A DNA stretch of 64,000 nt from Octopus vulgaris (GCA_951406725.2 OX597836.1:3348001-3412000), one strand, 5' to 3'; shown: positions 27,881-44,556, counted from the stretch's first letter. Numbers and translations: made by a program. Notes: generated by a model from the sequence alone, not told the origin.

Positions 27881-28214
27881 GTGTGAGCGCGTGTGCCCCG
27901 GTGTGTGTTTGTGTGTGTGTGTTGTGTATGTGCGTGTGTGTGCGTGCGTGCGAGTGTGTGTATGTGTGTGAATGTGTGTGCGTGTGTGTGTGTGTATATG
28001 TACGTGTCTGTGTGCCTGTGTATGTATGTGTACGTATGTGTACGCGGGTGTGTGTGTGTGTCCTCTGATATGTAAAATTCGGCAACATTAGGTTTCCATG
28101 TGTATATATCGTGTTTAATCTTTTTTTTCCCTCGTCTGTTTGTTGTATCTGCATTATAATTGCATATCTCGTTAATTATCTTCCATGTTGCGGAATGTTC
28201 GGACTGTTGTGTGT

Positions 28215-28292
<78 letters not shown>

Positions 28293-29344
28293 ATGCAGCA
28301 TTAACATGTGGTTGAAACGCCTCACTATACATCTGTGCATGTGTGTGTGTATTTGTGGAGTCCAGCGTCATAATGTATGCGGCGTGTGTGTGTGTGTGCG
28401 TGTGTGGATTCTAGCCTGATAAGGTATGTGGAGTTTTGTGTGTGTTGTATTTTGGTGTGTTAATAATTGTGGTGTCTTTGCATTGTATTTGCATGTAGCT
28501 CTAACATGTGGTTGAAATGCCCATGTATGTGCATGTGTTTGTGCGCATGTGTGCGTATGTGTGTGTATGTGTGTGTGTATACGTGTGTGTGAGTGTGTGG
28601 TGTTTGTGTTATATGTGCTGTGTGTGTCTGTGGTGTATCTATGTGTAGTATAATGTGTTTGTGTGTATGAGTACTGTGTGTGTATAGTATTACTATATAG
28701 CGTGTGTGTGTGTGAGTGTGTCTGTAGTACATAATGCGTATGTGATGTTTGTGTATGCGTGTAGTGCTGCCATGTGTATGCGATGTCTTCGTGTGTGTGT
28801 GTGCTTGAGGTAGAAGGTCAATCTGTGCGTATGTGCTTGTTGATGGTAGCTCGTTAATCGGTGTAATATTTTAACTGTGTGTGTATATGTAGTACTAATG
28901 TGTGTGTGTACAGTGTTACTCTCCCTCTTGCTCTCTCTCTCTCTCTCTCTCTCTCTGTGTTACTCTGTGTGTGTGTGTAATGTTGACATATACGTGTGAT
29001 GTCCACCTGTCTGTGTGATGTTAATGTGTGTGTGTATACAAGTTTGCTAAGGCTTGTATGTACAGTGTGCGTATGTAGTCTTACGCATATGTGTTTGCCT
29101 GTGCGTTTGCGTTTGCGTGTGTGTGTGTATTTGCGTTTGTGTGTGTATGTGTGTATGTGTGTGTGTTGGTGTGTGTGTTTTTTTCGGTGTCTGTGTGTGA
29201 TTGTTTTATTATCATATTTTGGTTATTATTGTTTATATGTTGCTGTTGTAGTCTTGGGGCGCAGAGGATTCGCAATCTAGACTAGGGTCTGAAAGTTTAC
29301 CACACCATAGTGGCTTACACCATGGTTCCTCTGCTTTGAGGCAG

Positions 29345-29532
29345 AAGTAGGAAGAAAAAGTGAGAGAAGTTGTGGTGAAAGAGTACAGCGTGGTTCACCC
29401 CCACCACCACCGGTGCCACGTAGAGCTTAGGTGTTTTTACTCAATAAACACTCACACTGCCCGGTCTGGGAATCGAAACCGCGTTCTTACGATCGCGAGT
29501 CTGCTGCCGTAAACACTGGGTCATTGCGCCTC
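29345..29532 (-). mobile_element. SINE family C, 5' half
   Basis: Reverse complement of the 24416 head (GGGAATCGAAACCGCG...CATTGCGCCTCC). Confidence 0.88.
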
Positions 29533-29649
29533 CTGCTGTTGTTGCTGTCGTTGTTGCTGTTATTGCTGATATTCTTCCTCAGTTTTTTTTTTGTTTTGTT
29601 AACGTTATTTTTCAGTGCTGTGTTTTTTTTGGGTTTTTTTCTTGCAGCT

Positions 29650-31030
<1,381 letters not shown>

Positions 31031-31031
31031 T

Positions 31032-31943
31032 TTATCTTAATATGGGAATTTTTGTCCATTCTTCTGCTAAAATAGCCCTCTTTCTTGAAGTGATGATGGT
31101 GGAGGATATCGAGCCCTTACTTGTTTTTCTAAAAATGCACCATAAATGTTCAATAATATTGAGACCTGGGGACTGTGGTGGCCAGATAAGATGTTCAACT
31201 TCACTAGAATCTTCCTCGTGCCATTCAATAACAACTTCAGTTGTATGTATTGATGCATTATCATCCTGAAAGACTGACTTTACCTCCGGAAACAGTTCTG
31301 CAGCCATAGGATGAATTTGATCAGATAAAATGCTTAAATTGTATTGATTATTAATTCTGCCATGAAGGGAAACTATTGGGCCGGCAGATTTCCAAGATAT
31401 TTCCTCCCCCCAGATCATCACAGATCCTCCTCCATGTTTAACAGTTGGAAGAAGGCAGTCTGGGTCAAATGCTTCTTTCGGCTCTCTCCACACTTATACT
31501 CGGCTGGTGTTTGGAAATGAGGTAAAGGATGACTCGTCCGAGAAAATAACATTCTTCCACTGCTCCAGGGACCAATTCTGTAGGTTTTTACTCCACTCTA
31601 AACGCTTTGCAACGCTTATTTTTGAAAGTAGTGATTTTCTTATTGCAGCCCTTCTGTGACATCCGGCTTTGTGCAGCTCTTGGCGAAGAGTTTTTGTGAA
31701 AACTCGGTTTCCAAAGTGGTAATTAAGCTCTGCCGTAATTTTGGTAGCTGTCCCTCTGTGAAATTTTGGTTTTCTTCCGGAGTTTTGTTTCGATAAGGTT
31801 TTTCCCTCTTTCTCAAAGGCTGTCATTACTTTCCAGACAGTATTTTTGGATACACCAAACATCTCGGCTGTTTTCTTTACGCTAGCGCCTGCCATACGTG
31901 CACCAACAATTTGACCTCTTTGAAAGTCCAATAGATCTGTCAT
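31032..31943 (-). pseudogene. Tc1 transposase pseudogene
   Basis: MTDLLDFQRGQIVGARMAG HTH, SGRKP linker, IFSDES, TVKHGGGSVMIWG and FQDDNA..WPPQSPGLNIIEHLW; in-frame stop at 31494-31496, apparent deletion after SGRKPK, 3' frameshift. Confidence 0.95.
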
Positions 31944-32133
31944 TTTAATGAATTTTAATTATCTTTTCCTGATGATATCTGAAAGGAAACACTTTTAGCA
32001 CAGCATATTAAGTACCACTGATAATAAATTTTTAAAAAAACATGAAAATAAACAAGCTTTTGATGGTTTTATAGATATTTCAAAATTATGATGGCATGAA
32101 GCTGGGTGTTTCCATTAATTTTTCTAACCCCTG
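31032..32133 (-). mobile_element. Tc1-like DNA transposon, DD36E, defective
   Basis: 5' TIR CAGGGGTTAGAAAAATTAATGGAAACACC (32133-32105) next to TA; transposase remnants at 31943-31032; 3' TIR missing. Confidence 0.95.
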
Positions 32134-32696
32134 TATGTTTATTTATATACACATATATCACCGCTTCGAGCTTCTATTCCGAAATATAATTGAATGAAAA
32201 AAGAAAAACTGAGATGGAGTGAAATACATATTTTGTTTAACATAGGGAGCGGGGAAACTTTTAATTTCTACAAATTACATCAGCAGTGAGGAGAACAAAA
32301 ATTATTAGCTTAGTTCTTAATTGTTAATTAAGAAACACGTAGGAGATGAAAACAGAAATTTTAATGAATTAAAATAGATTGAAACGATATAGGTAATGAA
32401 GTGGGGATTGTGTTTAATCTTGATATGGTAATACTAAGAGCTTTGGGAATGCTCTTGGCTTAGTCTTTAGGGTACTCAGCTCAGGATCGTAAGGTGCTGG
32501 GTTCGATCTCCGGCAGGGTTTTGTGCCTGTGAGTAAGACACTTTATTTCGCGATATTGCAGTCCGCTCGGCAGGCGAAAATGAGTCTACCAAATTGACTA
32601 TAGTCCTTGGCCCGAGGCTATAGTGGAAGACACTTTCCCAAAATGCCACAATCGTTTAAATTCTTCCCCTAAAGCAGGAGCTGGTTTCTTTGGAAG

Positions 32697-32918
32697 GTAG
32701 ATGACTTGAGGAAAGTCTTGCGTAGCTCTACTGTTCCACTTACACATTGTATTCCTAATGTGCGAATTCTATGGTTGATTATCCACACTGAGATTTTGGA
32801 ATTTACATACAAAACTAAGTGCGCCGATTATTATTGGTATAAATGGAAATTTAGGATCCGGGTATAGAAGCTGGAAGTTTCGAAACAGTTGTCCATAATT
32901 ATCCTCTTTGTCTTTGAA
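32697..32918 (-). pseudogene. RLE-type non-LTR retrotransposon C-terminus (R4/Dong-like)
   Basis: KDKEDNYGQLFRNFQLLYPDPKFPFIPIIIGALSFV, then after a frameshift IRTLGIQCVSGTVELRKTFLK; matches the K..KY..L..IP.VIGALG..LQ..A..GT..I.R.F RLE terminus. Confidence 0.75.
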
Positions 32919-32965
32919 TATGTATGTACGTATGTATATATGTATATATGTGTGTGTGTATGTGA

Positions 32966-33287
32966 AGGCGCGTGGCTTAGTGGTTTGGGCATTCGGCTCA
33001 CGATTGTAAGGTCGTGAGTTCGATTCCCAGCGACGCGTTGAGTCCTTGAGCAAGACACTTTAATTCACGTTGCTCCAATCCACTCATCTGGCAAAAATGA
33101 GTTGTACCTGTATTTTCAAAGGGTCGGCCTTGTCACACTCTGTGTCACGCTGAATCTCCGTAAGAACTACATTAAGGGTACACGTGTCTGTGGAGTGCTC
33201 AGCCACTTGCACGTTAATTTCACGAGGAGGCTGTTCCGTTGATTGTATCAGCTGGGACCCTCGTCGTCGTATCGGACGAAGTGCTAA
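32966..33287 (+). mobile_element. SINE family D (tRNA head + CORE-like segment + 3' half shared with family C)
   Basis: GGCGCGTGGCTTAGTGG, GAGTTCGATTCCC and GTCCTTGAGCAAGACACTT, then TGTACCTGTATTT..GGGTACACGTGTCTGTGGAGTGCTCAGCCACTTGCACGTTAATTTCACG as in family C. Confidence 0.9.
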
Positions 33288-34022
33288 ATGTGTGTGTATG
33301 TATGTATGTATGTATGTATGTATGTATGTATGTATGTATGTATGTATGTATGTATGTATGTATGTATGTATGTATGTATGTAGACATGTACTTATGCATA
33401 ATTATACATACATGTGTATAATATGTGTGACCCTATTTATACGGCTTAAAATGGAAATCCTTTCCGACGGCTTTGATTATACAAAGCAAGGAGAGGCAAG
33501 AACAAATTTATTCAAGCACCGAACTAAAGCAGGGAATCATGTTGGAAACATTAGCGATTGATAACTCGACTCGATGCACCCTTTCCACCAATAAAATGCG
33601 TTGGTGGGTTGGCGGAGGGGGAGGAAAATGGAAGAATTTTGTTTCAGAAAGATACTCATCGGATAATTATCGATTAATATTACATGTGTTAGATTATTGG
33701 GCATTGAACTTCAGGTTTTCATTTAAATATTGAAGATACACTAATACATACATATAATTATGTATATATATATATATATATAAATATATGTGTGTGTGTG
33801 TATGTATGTATATATATATATGATATATATAATATATCTATACATACATAACATATGTGTGTGTGTCTGTATATATATATATATATATATATACATAAAT
33901 CGCGGGAGACATATGTGTAAGCATGTTTATATGCATGTATGCATATATGAACGATATTGCATGTATGGTTATATATTTTCATAAATTCATATATACATGT
34001 ATGTATATATGGGTATATATGC

Positions 34023-34056
<34 letters not shown>

Positions 34057-34207
34057 ATATATACATATACACACATATATGTCTATGTATATATATACAT
34101 GTATATATATACATATATATATATATGTATATACATTCATCTGTATGTGTATATATGTTTATATATACATTTATATATCTATGTATATATAGACGTATAT
34201 ATATACA

Positions 34208-34253
<46 letters not shown>

Positions 34254-35104
34254 TAATACATGCGCTATATAGGAACCTACACACATTTGCGTACGTATTA
34301 TGTAAGCAACAAATGTACCAATCCGATATTAATAATGCCGAAGATATATATTCGAAAATATATGGGGGTGGGTGATGTCAGGGGGGGGGGGCTTAACTCA
34401 TAGATAACACCCACCAGCATCATCAGCAACAGTAACACCAACAACCCTAAGATCAAGAAAGCGACTACATTAATAAAAACACCAACAATTTCAATATCTG
34501 TTACAATAAAGAAAAAAAAAATCATCTAAAAATTAGAAAAAAATTTGTTTATATTTATATTTTGTCAATTTTATTTGTTCTTTTTTGAGTGTTTTTTTTT
34601 CTTGTTTTCTTTTTTGTTTAATTTTGTTTTGTTTTTGAGAAAAGCTTTCAAAATTGATTGAGCAAAGTCAGAAAGGAAGATCAGAAGCCAATAACGAAAG
34701 GGAAAAGAAACTAAACAACAATAGAAATATTAACAACAACAACAACAACAACAGCTACGACTACTAGTACTACTGATACTACTACAACTACTACAAATAT
34801 TCTTGGTGAAAAAAAACTACAGTCAAGAACATCTAATTTTTAGCAATAAGATGATGATGACGATGATGATGATTACGATGATGATGTCAGTGATGATGAT
34901 CATAATGATGTTGGTGGTGGGGATGTTGGTGATGATGATGATGGTGGTGGTGATGTTGGTGATGATGATGATGAGGGGGTGATGATCGAGTTGGGGTGAT
35001 GATGGCGATAATGATGATGATGATGTTGAAGCTTATGATATTGATGACGATGATGGCGGTGGTGATGGTGGTGGTTGTGGTCTTGGTTGAGGTTGTGGGA
35101 TGGT

Positions 35105-35120
35105 GATAATAATAATAATG

Positions 35121-35202
<82 letters not shown>

Positions 35203-35376
35203 TAATTAATAATAATAATAATAATAATAACAACAACAATGATTATAATAATGATAATAATAATAATAATAATAATAGTAATAAAATAATATTGTCGTGA
35301 CTATTATTACTGTTATTATTATGATGTCAATAATAATGATAATAATAATATTACTAATAATAACAACAACAACAAC

Positions 35377-35434
<58 letters not shown>

Positions 35435-35435
35435 G
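35105..35435. repeat. (AAT)n microsatellite block (others at 19405-19480, 30721-30835, 36345-36520 and 60132-60205)
   Basis: Directly visible. Confidence 0.95.
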
Positions 35436-35708
35436 TATCTAATATCATAGGAAATTTTAGAGATAATATTCATGTTGATAACAATAATAATGAAAGTGAG
35501 AATTATATTGAAAAATAAGAGAAAGAGTAAAAAAAAAATACATTCTTCTTTTCTTGTTAAGTTTAAAACTTAACAACCTAAAATGAACAAAAATAAAAGG
35601 AAAGAAAAATAATGAGGCCGAAAACTACAACAGAACAACATAGACGAAACACTAACCACAACAACAACAACAACACCATCAACAACAATAACTATATATG
35701 TGTGTATT

Positions 35709-35768
<60 letters not shown>

Positions 35769-36340
35769 CATAAATACACATGTATATATGTGCAATTAGA
35801 TATATATATATAAATATATATATATGTATATGCATATGTGTATGTATATATATGCATTGTATATATACATACATATATATACACACACATACACACACAC
35901 TTATATATATATATGTGTATGTATATATATATACATGTGTATATACATTGTTTAGTTGTTTGATTTTTGGATTTTAAAAAAAATATTATTTCATTTTTAT
36001 TTATTTATTATTATTATTATTATTATTTATTTTATTTTTATTTTTTGGTTTGAAATTTGCGTAGGGAAAAAGGAAAGAAAAGCCAAATTGTAAATATTAA
36101 AGATTACAGATTCAGAAAATAAAAGATCAATAGCTGTTTGTTTGTTTGTTTGTTTCTTTGTTTGTTTGTATGATCTTTATTATTTTACTAATTTTTCCAT
36201 TATTATATATATTTGTTTTATTTTTATTTTTTAATTTTTAATTAAAACTGTTGCAAAATATTTTATTCTGTAGAGAGTGAGAGAGGCAAGCTGCGAAACA
36301 AAAATGGCGGAAAAGAGAAAACGCAACAGCAACAACAAGA

Positions 36341-36435
<95 letters not shown>

Positions 36436-36451
36436 AATAATAATAATAATG

Positions 36452-36503
<52 letters not shown>

Positions 36504-37295
36504 TGATGATGATGATGACAGTAATAAAAAGGTGGTGAAAGGAAAATGAAAAAATATTAATAATAATAATTAAAATACAACTTATATTAAATATGGTAAC
36601 AACATGAAGAGCAAGAACATCTGAAAAATAAACATTGTAACAAGAATTCTAACAACAACGCCAACAACAACAACATCGGCAGAGGCAAGAATATGGTCAA
36701 CAAAATATAGGAAACACAAAAGATATCAATGGGAACAACAACAACAACAACAACAACAACAAACAAAAATCGGTGACAACAACAATATTGGTAAGAACAT
36801 CAATGAAAAAAGAAAATAGAAAAGGAAACGCAAAACGTTAAAACAACGACCAAAACAAGAACAAGAGCAACAACAACAACAATTACAAAAGCAACGATCA
36901 CAACGTTGGCATTAACAGTTGAAGGCAGCTCCCGGTCGTAATAGCAAGAACAACATCAAAAGCGCGCGATAATGTCGACACCAGTGTGAACAAGTAGCGT
37001 CATCTGAGCTGAGAGTGGCTGAGAGTCGGTCGCTCAACCTGCTAGAAATAGCAGGCAAGGATCTCCTTTCTCATTGCTCTGCCATGGTTTTTTTTTTTTT
37101 AAGGAAGGACGCATGACACAACGATCGAGAATCCGGTCCTGGGTGTTCTGTGTACGTGGGGTAAAAAGAAAAGAAGACGGAATTGCCACGGCTGGCACGC
37201 TTTCGAATATAGATATGCTCCACCAGGGTCGACTTGCAAGATACCACCTTTCTCACTACTTCTATTAATATTTCTACTACTACTACTACAACTAT

Positions 37296-37332
<37 letters not shown>

Positions 37333-37333
37333 G

Positions 37334-37397
<64 letters not shown>

Positions 37398-37651
37398 TAA
37401 CCCTGCTGTCACTACTACTACTGATAATGCTGCTGCTACCACTACTTACTTTGACCACAACTGCTGCTGCTATTACCACCACCACCACCACCACCACCAA
37501 TACTAGTACTACTACTACTGCAACTACTACACACAAAACGACCGCCACTACTACTACATAAACCACAACCATTACTACAATTACGAACACCAACGCCATC
37601 GCCATTGCTACTACTACTACCACCACTACCACCACCACCACCGCCACTACA

Positions 37652-37701
<50 letters not shown>

Positions 37702-38017
37702 TACTACTACTTTAGCAGCACATTCGTAACATCACTCCCCCCCCCCCAGTTATTCTAATCATTATACAAAAAAGGCCATTATTTGAATAGAGTAACACTG
37801 ACCACTCTTACTTTTTATTCGTCTACAAGTGTCACTCATTGAACTATAACCATGCTGGAGCACCAAATTCTAGAGGTAGTCGGACAAGTACATAATTTCA
37901 ATTTGGTGCATATTCTATCGACTATTTTTGTCGAACCGCTATCTTACATGGACGTAAAAACACCAGCGCAGGCTGTCAAGCTATGGTTACAAATATATGT
38001 ATTTATGTATGTATATA

Positions 38018-38063
<46 letters not shown>

Positions 38064-38213
38064 TGTATGTGTGTGTGCGTGTTTGTGTCTGTGTTTGAAC
38101 ACCCACCATTGCTTGACAACCGATGTCGGTGTGTTTACGTCTCCGTAACCTATCGGTTCCATCAATAACCAACATGGCCGCAGTCAAATGACTGAAACAA
38201 GTAAAAGAATATC

Positions 38214-38276
38214 TGAAATTTTGGTTTTCTTCCGGAGTTTGTTTCGACGAGGATGTTTTTCCCTCTTTCTCTAGGC
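38214..38276 (-). mobile_element. Orphan fragment of about 63 bp from the same Tc1 family as 31032-32133
   Basis: TGAAATTTTGGTTTTCTTCCGGAGTTT.GTTTCGA..GTTTTTCCCTCTTTCTC matches about 31759-31820. Confidence 0.85.
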
Positions 38277-38345
38277 GGCAGGAGTTGCTGTGTGGGCAAG
38301 TGTCTTCTACTATAACCTCGGGCCAAACAAAGCGTTATCGTATAC

Positions 38346-38386
<41 letters not shown>

Positions 38387-38621
38387 CATATGTATATGTT
38401 TGTGTGAGTGGCTGTGTTTGTTCCCCACCACTGCCACCACCATCGCTTAACAACCGATGATGGTGTGTTTACGTCCCCGTAACCTAGCGGTTCCACAAAG
38501 AGACCAATAGAATGAGTACTAGGTTTACAATGAATAAGTCCTGGGGTTGATTTCTTCCAATAAACGGCGAATCTCCAGCATGGCCGCAGTCTAATGACTG
38601 AAACAAGTAAATGAATAAAAG
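38277..38621 (+). mobile_element. SINE family A (5' internal deletion); further partial copies at about 37810-37990(-) and 38090-38210(+)
   Basis: GGGCAAGTGTCTTCTACTATA, internal (CA)/(TA) and tail CCAGCATGGCCGCAGTC.AATGACTGAAACAAG. Confidence 0.88.
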
Positions 38622-38650
38622 TATATACATTCGTGTGTGTTTGTGTGTGT

Positions 38651-38706
<56 letters not shown>

Positions 38707-38707
38707 G

Positions 38708-39064
38708 TGGCACTCCGTCGGTTGCGACGACGAGGGTTCCAGTTGATCCGATCAAACGAACTGTTTGCTTGAGAAATTAACGTGGAAGTGGCTGAGCACT
38801 CCAAAGACACTTGCACCCTTAACGTAGTTCTAGGGGAGATTCAGCATGACACAGACTGTGAGAAGGCCGGCCCTTTGAAATACAGGTACACCAGAAACTT
38901 GTGGTGAAAGAGCACAGCAGAGTTCACCACAGACCCCTGCTGGAGCTTGGTAGAGCTTTAGGCATTATCGCTCAATAGACACTCACAACGCCAGGTCTGG
39001 GAATCGAAACCGCGATCCTACGACCACGAGTCCGCTGCCCTAACCACTAGGCCATTGCACCTCC
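38708..39064 (-). mobile_element. SINE family C, near full length
   Basis: Reverse complement of 24416-24794 with a small internal deletion. Confidence 0.92.
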
Positions 39065-39077
39065 ACACACACATATT

Positions 39078-39588
<511 letters not shown>

Positions 39589-39620
39589 AATATATATATA
39601 TATATCTTTACACATACACC

Positions 39621-39704
<84 letters not shown>

Positions 39705-40540
39705 GTAGAAAAATACAACATGGGCAAGAATATAACTCTTAGAAGACGACACAATAAACACGGACATATATATATCTTTACATACACACACACTCTCGAA
39801 AAGCACGCAGCACAGTTCTCCACTAATTGTGGCATATATCCATCGAACCGTGACGGCAGCATTCGTTGTGTGACGTCTGCTGGTTAAACGCAAAACTGGA
39901 CGACAGAAAGCATCGCAGAGAACAAAATAATGAGACAAGATAATAACATAGAACAGAGTTAACATGTCGAGACAAAAACCCTAACCTGTAATAAAACGCA
40001 AGGAATTAAAGAATGGAACGGAACAGAATGGAATGGAAATATTTCGAGCTTTCTTTTTATTTCTTTTTTTTTTTTTTGCAGTTTTTTGTTTTGTTTGGTC
40101 TTTTGTTTTTGTTCTTTATTATTTAATGGTGTTATATGAAAACAAAACCGTCGGGGCATGAAATTAATCCGAAATACGTTTAACAAGGTTATATCCAGCT
40201 ATATCATTATCGCCATGATATATGTGTGTATGTGTCAGTGTGTGTGTGTGTCTCAGTGTGAATATGTCAGTGTATGTGTGTGTATGTGCTTCAATGGTAT
40301 GTATAAATATATGTATATGCATGGTGTATATATATATATATATATATTGATGGAAGCAGGTACTTTGTACGCATACTTATCTGTCTACGTATCTACCGAT
40401 GTGTATGTATGTGTACGTGTGTGTATGTTCATAGGTATGTCTGTGTGTATAATACATATATGTATTTGCGTATACATATACCGCATCCATAGAAGCATGT
40501 GCATATATATATATATACATATACATATATATATATATAT

Positions 40541-40574
<34 letters not shown>

Positions 40575-40598
40575 TAAATATATATATACATATATATA

Positions 40599-40694
<96 letters not shown>

Positions 40695-40712
40695 CACGCA
40701 CCCACAGATATA

Positions 40713-40772
<60 letters not shown>

Positions 40773-41095
40773 CATGTAATACATGTGTATATATTTATTG
40801 CATGGGTGGTGTATAGCAAATGAAATGCCAAACCTCAAAGTGAGTTTCTGTTCAACAAACCAGCGCCATGTTGTTGTTCCGTCTGTTGTGGAGCATTGTT
40901 CTGCGTAACTCTTCTCCCATTCAATTCATTACGATATTGCAATTCCGACCAGAGTCTTTGAAATAATGTTCGTTTACACAATTCTTCTTGGTTCATTGAG
41001 CTCTTTCTCGGTTCCTCTTAGATTACCTGAAATTCTATTTATCATTCTACCTCATCTAAATACACTTGCACACCACAGACAGTTATATAATATGC

Positions 41096-41146
<51 letters not shown>

Positions 41147-41616
41147 TTTATATATGTATATGTATATACAAACAAGTATGCATATATATACAAATATACA
41201 TATATATACATGCAATATATACGTCTATAAGCATACATTTATACAAGCAGACGTAGATGTAAACATATATATCTATATATATATATATATGTGTGTGTGT
41301 CTGTGTGTGTGTGTGTGTGTGTGCGTGGAGACGAATTGAGGGAAAAATATAGGCATATATATGCACAAATATGCATGATAAACTTATGTGTGTGTGTGTG
41401 TGTGCGTATGCGTATGCACATTCATACAGAGAGAAAAAGAGGAAGAGAGAGGAAAGAGATAGGCGTATATGCACAAATATACAGAATAACATACATGTGT
41501 ATATATTATTTTATATATGAATATCATATATAAATATATATATATATACATGTGTATATATGTGTGTATATATATACACATATATATGTACATATTTGTA
41601 TGCATATGTACATATA

Positions 41617-41665
<49 letters not shown>

Positions 41666-42590
41666 CTCTGTAATTATATATATATAGATTGATATATATA
41701 TATATAGATATATGTGTGTGTGTGTGTGCATGCACGATATGCTTTCAGCTATAACTCGTAGGTGCGTGTGCACGTCTAGGTGTCGGTGTGATTGAGTGTG
41801 TGCGTTTGTGTGAGGTGTGTGTGTGTGTGTATGTGTGTGTGCCTGTGCATCGATGTATGTGTTTAGATGTTTCTTTTTTAAGTATGTATGCGAAGCGATG
41901 GCTGCGGCAGAGATGTTGACGATCTTGATTATGACTTTAATGACGAGGACGAAGAGGAGCGAGAGGAGAAGGAGGAGGAGGAAGAAGGGGAGAAGGGGAA
42001 GGACGTGATCGGTGGAGGCATTGTTGTAGTAGTGACACTGTTGTTATTCAGTTAGTTGTTTCAATGCCGCATTATTGTCAGAGCCTTTACAGTCGACAGC
42101 GACGAAGCAACCGGCGCAGCAGAGCCGCGTAGGTGTGTCGTGGCCGTTGATGTTTGCAGCTATTTACTGAAAAATCTCCATCATTTCATTCTGTGTACAC
42201 ACTTTGCAAATTAAATGCGATGTTATTTACTTTAAAGTTAAATACGTTAGCTGTTTGTGTATATAGGTGTGTGTGTGTGTGTATATATATATATGTATAT
42301 ATGTGTATGTGTGGGTGTGTGTGGGCGAAGTGGTTCATTTGTCGGATTTTGTGGTTGATGGTTTGACAACAATAATGCATAAACAGCTGCTGTGTCCTCA
42401 CACAGTTTGTGATTACATTAAGCAGTTTCAAGGTGGGTAAAAGTTGGGTGGGGTCTCCTGTGTTATTCGATGGTGTTTGCTTAAAGTTGAATATTGCAAT
42501 AACGCATGTGTGTGTGTGAATGTGCTTGTGTATATATATATATTTATGTGAGCTCATGTTTGTATGTATATATGTAATATATAAATATAC

Positions 42591-42724
<134 letters not shown>

Positions 42725-44556
42725 GCATGTACGTATGTGTGTGTATATATATGTGTGAATATGTGGTTGTGAGCTGTGTGTGTGTGTGTTTAGGGCAATA
42801 AGAATAACAAGAATAAGAACAGCAACAAGAGGAACAACAACAATTGGTTGCAGTTGTCGTTATCGATGTCGTTGTTGTTGCTGTTGTTTTTGTCGGTGTC
42901 TCTGTAGTTGTTGCTGTTGTTTTTGTTGTCCTTGTGTCTCATCACCGTTTGTCCCGAGACCAGTCTCGATGGAGCATACAAGTAATGAAACCCATAACAT
43001 CATCTCTTCAGCTTTCCTTAATACTGTAATGGTCATTCACTGATTTAAAGAAAACCTTCTTTCCTGACCTTACCCTTCAGCTCTTGGTTGCAGTATCGGT
43101 CACTTCCTTCAATGGTTTGACCCTACATGATAATGCTCTTTGCTTATAATCTTCAGACCTTTTCGATATTTTAAGAATCAGAATTAGGGTGAGATTTAAC
43201 CATGTTATTCTGTTAAACCTCAAAATTTCCACTGAAAATTCATTTGCTTTAAACATCGTCATCTTCATGTAGCTCCACATCCTCTACACCTAGGACTGAA
43301 GGGGCAGGACAGCACTTCCTGTGTTTGTCTGTTCTGGTGGAGAGAGGAAACTCCCGGACTTGTTGTGCATATAAGGAGGTTTACCATATCTGTTTCAAAT
43401 TATTGCACAGGGTCAGCAAATTATATGTGAGGTAAGTCGATTAGAGCAAACCTATTGTGCAACTGGTATTTCTTTAATCGACTCCGAAAGGATAAAAGGT
43501 AAAGTCGATGTCAGGAGAACTTGAATTCTGTATGTAAAGAGGGACAAAACGCCGCTGAATAGTTTATCTGAAGTACTTACCATTCTACCAGCTCGCTGCC
43601 TAAAGGAGGTTTACCTATCGATATATATTTGTTGCTGTCTTACTATAACCTTGACTCAGCATGTTTACATACGGCCCCAACACTTGTTTCTGTTAAAAAC
43701 CAGTCAATGGTAGAAATATGGGAGAAATAGTATAGTATTTCAGTGATACCCTTAAGTCTTTGCCATAGCGACGGTGTTGTCGATACTGCCGTCTCCAGGC
43801 TTCCTTTGTGTTGAATCATCTTTTATTAATTGATAGAAAGATCTAGATTTTGTGGCGGAGGATGTTGCGCTCGGCATTCGTTTCGAGGTTTTGACAATTC
43901 TTATTTCAATTACCTTGGTTTTGTTTTTGAATGGTTTTCCGTTCTCTGTACAGTTGAGGCCGAGTAATCCCATACGTTATTGATAACCAGATCAAAGATG
44001 TTGATTTAACGATACGGTATATAATCTGCATCGCTTCATTTAGTTATTCTATTTATATTTGAAACACGTTTCGCTACAACAGAACATTATTTATCTTACG
44101 TTATAAGATAAAGTCTTCGTGGATATCTTTAACGAGGTTTGAGATGCTTCCCAAGACAAGCAAGCTGACTTCTTAATAATCGACTTCATCCCCATTTTAT
44201 CTTCTCTTTTTCTCTTTCACTAATTACAGCCTGATGTCTGCGGCCATGCCGAGGCACCGCTGTTAATTTTGCTCCCCCTTTTATTGCGTGAAATCTCCTC
44301 TAATATGTGACATTTACTGAATGGGGGAGTTTGGTGTTGCTATGCCCGTGTGCGTTTCCTACCGGGAAGTAGCTTCATCTGGATATCTTGAGAGGAGGAA
44401 AATCCAGTTTTGTTTAGAAAACACCTACATCCACTCTATTTAGGACACTCACGCTTTGAGACGGCGATATTCTTTTCTTCTCTAGACACAAAGCCCGAAA
44501 TTTTGGGAGAGGGGGCCAGTCGATTAGATCGACCCAAGTACGCACCTGGTACTTCA

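Noticed and set aside
28806-28823. let-7-like TGAGGTAG seed; also miR-8-like TAATACTGTC at about 55580
   Set aside because: Only the seed matches; the rest diverges and I saw no hairpin.
41880-42160. GC-richer island with acidic/basic short ORFs and a GGCATTG/CAATGCC stem
   Set aside because: The ORFs are purine-repeat driven and short, and the stem is only 7 bp; it may be regulatory but that cannot be supported from sequence.
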